A stretch of DNA of 63,618 bases, filler included, from Asterionella formosa (taxonomy: Eukaryota): NCBI GenBank assembly GCA_002256025.1. It is 17 parts of 17 records of this genome, joined end to end, with 100 filler letters (N's around TTAATTAATTAA, not from the genome) between each part and the next. Parts side by side here need not be neighbours in the genome. Positions count along the whole stretch, not along the records: positions 22,535 to 26,188 come from NKIB01013995.1; positions 26,289 to 29,939 come from NKIB01013996.1; positions 30,040 to 33,689 come from NKIB01013997.1; positions 33,790 to 37,436 come from NKIB01013999.1; 13 more parts are not named here. The stretch is one strand, 5' to 3'. Position 1 is the stretch's first letter, and each line of letters begins with the position of its first letter. Below, one piece after another: positions 23,760 through 34,451 of the stretch. The notes below the pieces were generated by a model. That model ran no database searches and was not told the DNA's origin. It worked only from the letters and a program-made list of their open reading frames with translations. Both the position numbers and the translations under genes were made by a program.

Positions 23760-25412
23760 AAAATGAATATAGTAAATCCAAGTCTTTGAAACATCTCAGC
23801 ACGACTTTTAGTATGCAAATAGGTCATGTAAACCGAAGCAATTTGATTCTGACCGACTTTACTTGCGCGAAAATTGTATAGTAAAACAATCATTTGGAGT
23901 ATTAGTTTCCTTTCACCATTCTCTTCATAACGAAATTTATCTTTCATCCTGAAAAAAAAACCTGTAGACACCTCATTCCTCATTCAGACAACTGCCTGAC
24001 TGAAGTTGCTTGACGATTTATGCCAAATCTTTGTCAAGAATAACCATTTGCATCCACATTATATTTTATTGGGATTTTAGCATTGTTGCATTTGATTTCT
24101 TAGATGCAAATGCTGAATCCGCAACTACTTTTTTACATGTATCCCTGTAAACCATTTCAATTTGATCATAGATCGGAGACCAAATTGCCATGGTGGAGTT
24201 GTGGAGAACACCAGGTGCATTAAAGTAAGAGGAACGAATTTTCATCAGGAGAAAAAAGTTTGTCACATAGTGTTCATGTGTTAAATTATCCAGTTTACGT
24301 TAATAGCTGCAAGCTTACTCATCCAACTATTCGTATTGCTAACTTCGGCGATAGCTTAAATTGTCTTACGTGTTTTAAGACTCTAAACTAAAAAAAGTTG
24401 AAAACAGATTTCACACTTTACTTCTTATGAGCGAGCTAAAACTAAAACTCCAAAGATGAAATTTTCTCAGATTGTTGTCCATCGCAACAACTTTTCATTC
24501 CCAAACACAATCTGTTTCCCCACCATGATTACTCCAATGTCTTAATTGTTCACACTTTACAATAAGTGAATTGACATCTCATCTCAAGCCCAAGATTCAT
24601 TCCATGGAATTATTACGCGCCATCGTTCATTCAAATATAATCATATTGTCATTTGATCGAATTGATCAAATCACATGAAATCGAATCTACGATTCGATAT
24701 TTTATCATTGTTCATGAGTCCATGACCCATTGTAGAAATCATTTTGCAGCCTTTCATTTCCAGGTGGTTGCAGGGTGAGTTTCATACCATCCATTGCTCC
24801 CCAACAATCATTTATCAAAGGGTAAATTCTTATGAATCATGGATGGAAACAAAGTGGTTTTGGCTGCAGTGGGTAGTTGAACAATAGCATCTTCATTAGT
24901 CTGAAGCACTTTGACAATCATCTGCCTTGAGAACCGCAACCAAATGCTCAACAAACCATGAGTTAAGCCGAAAATGATCTGAAAAATCATATAGCATCCA
25001 AGAGTTAAAAATTCCATGCCAGCCCAAGTGCCAGGCAACAGACAATGGAACACAGCAGTCTGGGTCAACCGGATTTTGTTGTTGAATTCTTGACAATGAA
25101 TTCCGTTTTTTTACAGGGAGTAAAGGAATAAAAAAATAAGGCTTGAAAAGCTGGTGCAGGAGCTCGAAGGAAGCATGATTGAACCCACACAATGTGATGA
25201 GGGCATCATCGTGCTTGCTATTGAACAAAGTCCAGAATGGACTTTGACAAAGGGAAGATGCTGTAGTGCACGGCACTGGATTTCGCCACTTCTCTTCTGA
25301 TCTCATCAACAGTCAAACTTTCATGAAATGATGCCGTCTTGTTTATTGCTAGATCAGATGCTGCTAGCAGTAGTAATGTGATGATCATATCATCATCGCT
25401 CATTCTTGTCAT
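23760..25412 (-). mobile_element. PIF/Harbinger (DDE_Tnp_4-like) transposase pseudogene
   Basis: Fragments in order: DDALITLCGFNHASF, IFGLT..LSIWLRF, WGAMDG, FYNG..THEHYV, NAPG..HNS, VVADSAF, VRQLSE.GMR, LLYNFR..VGQNQI. Frameshifts and a 430-bp insertion disrupt it. Confidence 0.8.
24279..24708. mobile_element. 430-bp solo-LTR-like insertion in the Harbinger transposase
   Basis: Flanked by duplicated TGTTCATG (24271-24278 and 24709-24716). Ends TGTTAAA...TTTATCA. Removing it restores ..THEHYVTN.. Confidence 0.6.
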
Positions 25413-25745
25413 CAGGAGATGAGAGGTCAGCCAACATGGTCAGTGACCAACACTCTGTCAGATAAGTTATCTAAAATAATTCGAGTATTAGAACACAATG
25501 GCAATATTATTTATTATGTATATCAGCAAAGGATATTTGTGATGTAATGATTTTGGCACAAATTATTTTGGTATTTCGAAGTGCGCCCAGCGCCCACTGA
25601 TGATCAGCTACCAGGTACTCCGAGTACCAGGTACCTCCAATTGTGGACATTGTACCGGCAAACATGTGCATCCAGTGTGGCCATGATGGATTAGCAAGAC
25701 CGCGCAAGAAAGCGCTACCACTACGGACTAGGACTTACCTACAGC

Positions 25746-25832
25746 AAGTTGCGGTAATTTGGTTTTAACTAACAATTTAATATGGGATAAAGATAGCTAA
25801 ACATTTAGTTTTAAGCAAAATTACCGCAACTT
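25746..25832. repeat. Short imperfect inverted repeat / mini-MITE
   Basis: aagttgcggtaattt ... aaattaccgcaactt (15-bp perfect arms, extending imperfectly inward). Confidence 0.6.
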
Positions 25833-28269
25833 CCAGGAAGAAATGGCTGAATTATTTTGTCCTGTAGTGATGTGAAGCAAGCTTCACCACTGTGACCTCA
25901 CCCATTCGAACCATATCAGGTGGCTTACCAGTACCAGGTACCCTCGTACCTGGTACCATAGTATAACGGAGTTCCCATCCAATGGTCTATAGACTTCGAA
26001 AGTGTCAGGAATGCGAATCCTGCTGTCCTCGTCTCACAAGCACAAGTCACGGTATACTGTATTTCTGTAGGAGTTGGATCATTAGTAACAGCAGGCCACC
26101 AGGAACAAAACGAAAGCTCACAAAATTTCAAACATCAAACATATAAATTTCCTCTACGAACACAGAACAAAACTACAATCATCATGAANNNNNNNNNNNN
26201 NNNNNNNNNNNNNNNNNNNNNNNNNNNNNNNNTTAATTAATTAANNNNNNNNNNNNNNNNNNNNNNNNNNNNNNNNNNNNNNNNNNNNTTTTTACGTGAA
26301 GAGTGGCATTAATGCATGTGAAGTACCACATAATTAACACTCGTACGTAGACGAAATTTCGAAAAGTCAAATGAATTATTTGAAACATCAACTAATTCAG
26401 TCTCGCGTTCAAAATTCATTGTGAAAACTTCACATGAAACAGTTAAAACTTCACATGAAACCGTTAAAAGTAATCTTTTTTACGTGAAGAGTGGCATTAA
26501 TGCATGTTCGCGGCTTAGATGATGGTGAGCAATGCTCGTTTTGTAAACTCGTTCATTTTGCATATGGAAGGATCCATCAACATGGACATGGACATGGAGA
26601 TGAATTGCACACCGTCACCATCTGGGGGTTGGCGGCATTAAACAAGTCCACATATATAATGTAAGCGCAACAGCAACAAATCAGACATGATTCCTCGCAG
26701 ACAGTGCCGAATTTGACATCATGGTCGATTTCAAGCAATCATGAGGCAGCAAGCAAAATATTCAGAAATTAGGTCAACAATGTTGCTTGTTGGAAAGGGT
26801 TCTGGGACAAGGGTTTCCTCTGCATCATGGTGGAAGAGAAGGTCGTAAATGTGGAGGAGAACTGTCCCATGCAGTCGTGTTGGTCTGGCAGCTGAAATCC
26901 AACAATCAACCGAAATTCCCATTTTCTAGAGGGACAAACACAAAAGCTCGTCAATGAAGAAGTGTAGTAGATAAACTAGCTATGGTAGCTAGTTTCTATA
27001 AATATAGTGTTTCTACAATTCTCCTCCTAGTAGCACAGCATAGCTGTTTCTAGACAAGTAGCAAAAACAACATCATAATAATTAGCTACCAGTATCATTC
27101 TGGATGTTATTTTGCTCTTGGTGTAAAAAACACTACCAGTAGCAATTCACATGGTGATAATTTCCCATGCTGAGTCATCAGGAGGAGGTCGTTCAGGGCA
27201 TATAAAAGCAAGGGACACGGAAATTTGCTAAATTAGTCGACTATGATAAAAAAGTAGAGAAATTAAAATAATCGCTACAGTGCTGTAACCAAAAAGCTAC
27301 ATGACATTGCCGTAGTAGGCAACATAAGGGATCAAAAATCCTATGTATCCATAAAACGAAAAATGGTCCATGTGAATCTATCATTGTTTTCATCCTGCTC
27401 CAACGTAAACGTATTGGAGAGCAGGCAAGGGGTTTTCAGTACATGAATTTGGAAGAACTGAAAAAGGAAGAAGCAAGTCTCACTCTCGCAACTTTGTCTG
27501 TACTGTACAGTAATAGCCTTGTACTAGTCTAGTACCTGGTACAATTTAAAAATGGCTTTGAGCCACTTCGAATGGCTTTGAGTCACTTAACGATGTAATA
27601 TTAAAAATGTATACATAGATTTTTTCCAATTTTCCAGTTATGACTATATTTATTACGGCAAAGTTGTAATTTAGGTCTTGTGTTTTAGATAATCAGATAA
27701 ATGTGTCGGAAAGCAGCGATCGGCCCAAAAGTGGCAAAAAAAATATTATACCATTGAGCCGGCATCTCCGGGAAATACATGTATACATTTCTCATGAAAA
27801 TTTAATATTTAATATATATTTAGTTGTATTTAACCGCCATCGACCATGCACTATAGCATTAAATGAGTAAATTCCTCACTCTCAGTAGATGAATGCAATA
27901 TTTCTTGAAGGCCAAAAAATGGAGTCTTATTTTCATGTCAGAGACCGTAATTCACAGCAGAAATTGCTTCCGACATACCAAAAATTGAGGCAAATCGCAG
28001 TCATCTCATTAACAACGATGAAACCTACATTGGTACCGATTCATGAGGATCGACAAAATTTTCGGCATTTTCCATCTATCATGCAGGAGCAGTGATGAGT
28101 TGCATCGTAGAATTCTACGACAAGTCATATAGACACTACGACGACGACGACAAGTCATATACCTAGACACTACGACGACGACGACGACGAGACACGAACA
28201 AGAACCAAAAAAAGAAGTCGATCGAATAAACAATAGACAACTCTCATTACATTCAAGACGACATTGAAA

Positions 28270-29794
28270 ATGCTAAAAGCTTTTCGTCGAAAGAAGACAG
28301 AAACAGAATTGGAGAAATATGTCAAACGGTTGAAAGCGAATGATCCAAATTTGACTGAACTTAATCTCTCTTTTAATTCAATTGGTGATGACGGAGCCAA
28401 GGCCATTGCAGAGGCTCTCAAGATCAATACTGTCTTGACTACACTTTCTCTCTATAATAATTCAATTGGTGATGACGGAGCCAAGGCCATTGCAGAGGCT
28501 CTCAAGGTCAATACTGTCTTGACTAAACTTGAACTCAAAGATAATTCAATTGATAGTTATTTACTAAATGATATTCAAAAACTGGTTCAAAACAAGAACC
28601 GCAAACCAACAGCAGCCAATACAACTGAACTCATTTCTGAAGGTCGGTCGAAAATGAAGGAAGTTATGGACAATGTGGATTCAAGACCAATCGAGCTTCC
28701 TAAGGAATTCATTATTAGTTGTACAAACAACTTTGCTGAAAAGAGAAAACTTGGTGAAGGTTCTTTTGGTGCTGTCTACAAAGGCATGGATGACAATCAG
28801 TATTTTGCTGTGAAATGTATTCATTTCCATTTAGGTTTTTTGGACGATCAGAAAAAAGGAATTAGTAAGAGTTTTATAAAAGAATTGGAGGTAAGCTCAT
28901 CCGTAGTATCATCTATTACAGGTTGTCTAAGTCTTTTATGTTTCTGATTCTTCCATCATACTGTTTCAGGTATTAAAGAGGTTCCAACACCCTCATATTG
29001 TAACTTTGTATGGCTATCATTTGTCCCCTGTTTCATCTGATCAACACGTGGTATCTGATCAATACCTGGTGTATGAGTTATTATCCGAGGGGTCACTTGA
29101 ATCATTCTATAAGAGTGAACAAAAAAGATCAAGTCTTACAAGTACGATCCGACTTCGAATCATGAACGAAATTATTTCTGCCATCCACTTCCTTCATACC
29201 ATAGAAATGGACGGCCACACTCTGTTTCATCGTGACATCAAGTCAGCTAATATCTGCCTTGATCAGAACTATACTGCCAAGCTGATTGATTGTGGCCTAG
29301 CCAAGTTTGTGCCTAAGGGTAGCTCAGTAAAAACCAATCCAATTCCTTCCTTTATTTGTAACACAGCAGGTGATGGACAATATGGGACACGTGGCTACAT
29401 GTGTCCATATCATGCTAGGGGTAACAAATATATACCAGCATGTGACGTTTACTCATTTGGCATTGTCATGATTGAGCTTGTAACAGGCTGCCTCCAATTT
29501 GGAAGGCTGAAAGAGTTCCATGAACGCTATTTCCCGGAAAATTTTGATGGGACCCCAACTCAAGCATTGGAGGTGGCAATTCCAAAATTGGTAAAAGATG
29601 TTGATTCTGAAGCAGATGAATGGGAAGATGTAATTCTGTCCTCTGTTTGCTCATTAGCCATTCGTTGCATTCAGACCAATCGCGAGAAAAGGCCAACAAC
29701 TAAAGATTTGGTTAAAGAGTTGGGTGAACTTGTAAGGCCAACACCACAAATGATAATTGCATTTGACAATCTTAACCTGAATGAAAGCACTTAA
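28270..29794 (+). CDS. Cytoplasmic LRR (RI/NLRC3-like 28-aa repeats) + IRAK/Pelle-like kinase (exons 28270-28890 and 28970-29794, 481 aa)
   Basis: LxxLxLxxNSIGDDGAKAIAEALKxNTV x2.5. A phase-0 GTAAG...TTCAG intron (28891-28969, 79 nt) sits at the same site as in the ARM kinase. Motifs GEGSFGAVYKG, FAVK, HRDIKSAN, IDCGLAK, GTRGYMCP and DVYSFG are present. Confidence 0.9.
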
Positions 29795-29869
29795 CAATGT
29801 GTCTTGTGTGCCAAGATTCTACTTTGTGGGAATTGCAATGCAGAGCTGATATAGGCAATGCAACAATTG

Positions 29870-29939
29870 TTAGGGTTAGGGTTAGGGTTAGGGTTTAGGT
29901 TTAGGTTTAGGGTTAGGGTTAGGGTTAGGGTTAGGGTTA
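29870..29939 (+). repeat. Telomeric repeat array (TTAGGG)n with TTTAGG variants, running to the contig end
   Basis: About 12 units, G-rich strand oriented toward the contig end as expected for a chromosome terminus. Confidence 0.85.
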
Positions 29940-30039
29940 NNNNNNNNNNNNNNNNNNNNNNNNNNNNNNNNNNNNNNNNNNNNTTAATTAATTAANNNNN
30001 NNNNNNNNNNNNNNNNNNNNNNNNNNNNNNNNNNNNNNN

Positions 30040-31000
30040 TTCTTAGATGAAATGTGCCCTGACATTAATATGCTTTGTCTGTGCACCCACATGTTGGTTC
30101 TTTCCCAAATAGATAGCTCCTAAATTGTCTTCGTATACAAGCCCAACCAATTTCTCCTCTTTTGGAAAATTCATCACTTCTTCTAGTAGCATGGATATGA
30201 GCTTGTTCTCACATGCTCCTTTTGCCAAATTGTTATACTCGACTTCGGGTCTGTGCTTGACAATGTAAATACATGTTGTGTCATCGACTCCAAGTTCACC
30301 AATGTACCACCGATTGTTTGTAGATCAGATGAATGCTCTTCCTGTCATCAATATTCTTTGCATAGTCTGAGTCCACAAATGATACAGGCCTCAGCTCCTT
30401 TGGGTTCCGATAAGTCAACCCATCATAGTATCTTGCTTTAATGTGGTGTCCAATCAGCCTTTCAAGGGCTTTCCAGTGCTCCTTGCCTATGTTTGACAGA
30501 TGTTGCGCCAACTCTCGTGCGGGGTTTGCCAGATCTGGTGCCAAATTTGTCATCAAATACATTACTTTCCCAACCACAGAACGATATTCCGTCATTTTTC
30601 TAGCTCTCCTTGATTTTTACTGAGAAACTTGTTTTGATATCCTGGTGTCTCTGACTCCTTAACATTCTTCCCAATTATAGTTTCGAATGATTCAACAATT
30701 TTATCCTCCAACTTCGTCATTATACTAACCACAATGTAGGTGGCTTCACCGTTTTCATTAGTATTCCATTCATACGATATGCCAAGATGCTCTTCAATCT
30801 TCCCAAATCCAAAACATTGAACCTCTTCTGCAATTTCAACCGAAAATTTCAATTTTTGTCTTCTTTCCAATCAATCAATGGTCATAAACATGTATTACTT
30901 CTTCATCCACTTTACTCTTCCTGTAATATAAACATGGATCCACCAAGCCCTGAGTCATCTTCATTTCCTTCATCAAGTTTTTGCACAGTGTCTTTTCATA
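30040..31000 (-). mobile_element. Degenerate Ty1/copia reverse transcriptase-RNase H fragment
   Basis: IKLTRAMYG, EEHLGI, YRSVVGKVMYL, FVDSDYA...DRKS and YEDNLGAI..TKHINVRAHFI; many frameshifts. Confidence 0.85.
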
Positions 31001-32645
31001 AAAAGTTTTGGGACATCGACTCCACCATACATGGCTCTTGTCAGCTTGATGGCTGGTTTAGGTTTAGGGCTCTTGTTGGTCCCTCCAAAACCAAAATCTG
31101 CCTGCTGCCAAGTCCGCCCTTTCCCTCCTGAGAAAACGCATTTCTCCCAGCCACTAAACATGCTGCTCACAGGGCATTCTTCAAATGAAGGCGTGTTCCT
31201 CCGCCTTCCACAACCTTTCCCTACCTTTCTACCACTTCTAAGTCCAGAACCTTCAGAACTTAAAAAACCAAGAAATTGTTCCCTTTTGCTGTCATCCACT
31301 CATCTTGCCATCAGGCGCCAATGATAGGAACATCACTTTCGTCTGCTCCTTCTACTGCATTAGGATCTCAAGTATTTCCTTTCTCAACAACTCGGAATCT
31401 AGTACCAGCCAGCAGATTCTTCATTTCGTACCAAGACGAATTGCCTATTCATTTATTTTCTAAGCCTGTCTCCACTTTCAATGACAAGCCTCATCCTTTC
31501 GAGCAATTTTTTGCTTTCACCCTGTGTTTCTTCTATCTGTTTGATTATCAGAAAACTCGATAATCTGCCTGCCTTGCACCAGCTTCCCATTCTTCTTCAG
31601 CTATCAATTCATTAGTATGCATCTGAACATTTATATTTTCTTGATATCCTCATTTTTATCATCCAAGATATTCTTCTGTCACATTTTCTTCTGAGACCCT
31701 TGTATGCATCAAATATCTAAGATGTTGACTTCCTGATCGAGGCAGTTACAGATGCGTATTTTTTGTTCCAAGGAAATTTAATTCGGAGCTTCTAACATTA
31801 CAGAGTTGTTTGGAAGAAATGTTACAATGCCATGGTGGCAACAATTATAAGATTCCACATATGCGGAAAGAAACATTGTAGAGAGAGAGGGGTTGTTACC
31901 TATTCAATTAGAGACACCATCGGAACAGGCAATCGAATTTGCACATGCATTCATGGAGGATTTCATTGATGACAATAGTGTGATTTTAGAGATTCACAAT
32001 GAGGAATAGTTCATTGTTTTTTGTTTTCATTCTAGGAGGATGCATGCATGGAGGTGGGATTTTGGCAGCTGACGCCCTATTGGCTGCATAGTAGAAACAA
32101 TGTACCTTCCCCACCATAAAAGAATAAATGGTTTTTCTTATTCATACACATTAAGAAGCTTATACCTAGCATTGATTTACTTTTATATTATGAACAATGA
32201 AGAATGAAAACTTCAAGTCGAAAGCAAAGTATAAGTCTGTAGCATTTAGAATACTTTACTATTATATTTTTATGACCTCCTCCTCTTCGTTGCATTCCTC
32301 TTACGCTTTCTAGATGATTTTATTCACTCAACATCAATAAACTCCTGGTATTTAATGATTTCGTCGGAGAAAGAAAAATTTGCTACTCCAAATCCACGTT
32401 TGCTCTTGGCTGTGTCTCACAGAGACAACCAGCCATCCAAGGAAATTTCCAACAACTCTTGCACCTCGTCAGCATACCTCCCAATGTAAAGAAGGGGAGC
32501 CTTTTTGATCAAATTTCTGCCAAGTTACCCAACCCAATACCAAGCCTTTACATCCTCTGCTGTGCCTTCGCTGATATCTATTAACAAAATAACTGCAGTA
32601 GCAGCCTCTGGTTCATCTGTCAATTCAATAACAATGCTGACTTCA

Positions 32646-32920
32646 GGGCAATGGCTTAATTGAGTAGCAGCCACAGCACCTCGCTCATGAGGTCGTGGTG
32701 GGTTCGATTCCTGCATTCTCCACCTGTCTTTCTTTTATGTAGTCCCTATCTGTGGTTCTATCATGGGGTGAGGCTGATGAAGAGACAAGTCCCATTGTAC
32801 CATATGGACAAGTACAAATGGCACTGCTTGACTTGTGTTCATTCAAGTGGGCATGAGTGCGATTATTGGATAGCTTTAACATAGTATTAAAAATTTAATT
32901 AGCTAACATTATTATTATTC
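32646..32920 (+). mobile_element. tRNA-derived SINE-like retroposon (275 bp)
   Basis: 15-bp TSD ACAATGCTGACTTCA (32631-32645 and 32921-32935), A-box-like TGGCTTAATTGA at +7, perfect B-box GGTTCGATTCC (32701-32711) and an (ATT)n tail. Excision rejoins a minus-strand reading frame (..SFLEVSIV|IELTDEP..). Confidence 0.75.
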
Positions 32921-33789
32921 ACAATGCTGACTTCAAGAAAACTCATTATGCTACCTGGCACTACATTCCGGCTGCAGACATGGTGAATGTCACTGTTGTT
33001 GGCCTTGAGGCCGCCCCAGACTTGCCCATCCATTTTCATGTTGCCAAATTTTCGTTTCTTTGCAAGGCAGTTTTTCTCCTGTTTGTTTGTAGTCAGCCAA
33101 TTTTGATTATCATGTACCACTCCATAGTATAAAGCAAAACAACTATTCTGGCTAGAGAAGGGAGATACAAGTAAATTCAATAGCCCTAAATGATGCACAT
33201 GTTTCGCTATCTAGCGTTATTCTCTCGCCTAAATACCGGCATACTAAAAACCCAACCGACGTACCCATAGCATTCATCATATCGCGTACAGTAGAATAAT
33301 TATATTGCCTCTTACACAGAGGGCTTCTTTTAAGGACGTGGATCGAGCCGGGGTACCTGGTACCAGGGTAGTCGCTGAGTGTGTTGCATCTATCCCGGAA
33401 CACAGGGAGCACCGGTATAGCTCCCTCATTTCACTGGAGTATGTGGAATGGTGTATACTACTACAATGCACAACTTTTCCGAAGGATTGTATTTGCTGTA
33501 CTACCGGTACATTCGCACGGTTGCAAAAAGAAACAGGATTTTACGTTGGATATCATCAGCATTACTTGCTTGTTCTTCCCATTGCTACGGCCAACAACTT
33601 GACCGAGGGATTAACTTAATAATACCGGTAGCCTAGCATATACAGTGTTATATTTAGAAAATACTATATTCCAACCATGCGCTTGTCCANNNNNNNNNNN
33701 NNNNNNNNNNNNNNNNNNNNNNNNNNNNNNNNNTTAATTAATTAANNNNNNNNNNNNNNNNNNNNNNNNNNNNNNNNNNNNNNNNNNNN

Positions 33790-33913
33790 TGTCCTATCTG
33801 GCGTGCTACGCATCCTAAAAATTGACACTGCAGTCAACCCCGCCGACATTTTTACCAAAGGTCTTGTTGCTGAGAAATTTACAGCTATTCGCAAACTCGT
33901 CTGTGGTTGGTGA
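33790..33913 (+). mobile_element. 3' end of Ty1/copia pol (RNase H), followed by polypurine tract and probable LTR
   Basis: ILKIDTAVNPADIFTKGL...RKLVCGW*, then GAGAGGGAGAG at about 33937-33947. Confidence 0.85.
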
Positions 33914-34451
33914 CATTTTGCCTCCCTTGCTCAGCTGAGAGGGAGAGTTAAATACCAACTTATACCTCTCTGCCCATCGTGGATACTCCACCTACTACTA
34001 ACTTTCTGTCTCTTAACAGCCCTGCCAAGACTGTTGTTTCTCCTCTATTACTATTTTCTTGTCCCACAACAGTCCTGTCCATCATGGGTACTCCGCCCTC
34101 TATTAACAAGTTCCGGTCCCACAACAGTCATGTCCATCGTGGTAACTCCACTATTAATAATTTCCTGTCTCTCCAACTTGACTGTTGTCAACTGGCGACA
34201 ACTCCTAGCTCGTTCTACTTTTATCATTTAATATTTATCTCACTTTATTCCGAAACATAGAGTCTACAAGCCTTCATTTAAGTTACTATTCTTCAATTAT
34301 CTACAGTTTCCATAACACTTTCAAGTTCAGTTCAGGAAATGAGTTGTACATAAGGATTAATTAATAAGCTCATATATTCAACAAATACTACTACTTCTAG
34401 TTAGATACTTCACTTTGAATTCAAAAAGAGTCGAATTAGAAGACATCAAAC

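Noticed and set aside
29795..29854. Stop-codon readthrough into QCVLCAKILLCGNC (CxxC..CxxC) in the kinase frame
   Set aside because: The paralogue has LCVLYAK, losing a Cys. Substitutions are non-synonymous in this frame but synonymous in the alternative CLVCQD frame.
31054..31069. GGTTTAGGTTTAGGG telomere-like motif
   Set aside because: Too short and lies inside a copia-derived region, where it encodes PKPKP on the minus strand.
32646..32722. Functional tRNA-Met gene (CAT in loop)
   Set aside because: Acceptor and anticodon stems do not fit a canonical cloverleaf. The TSD and tail indicate a SINE head.
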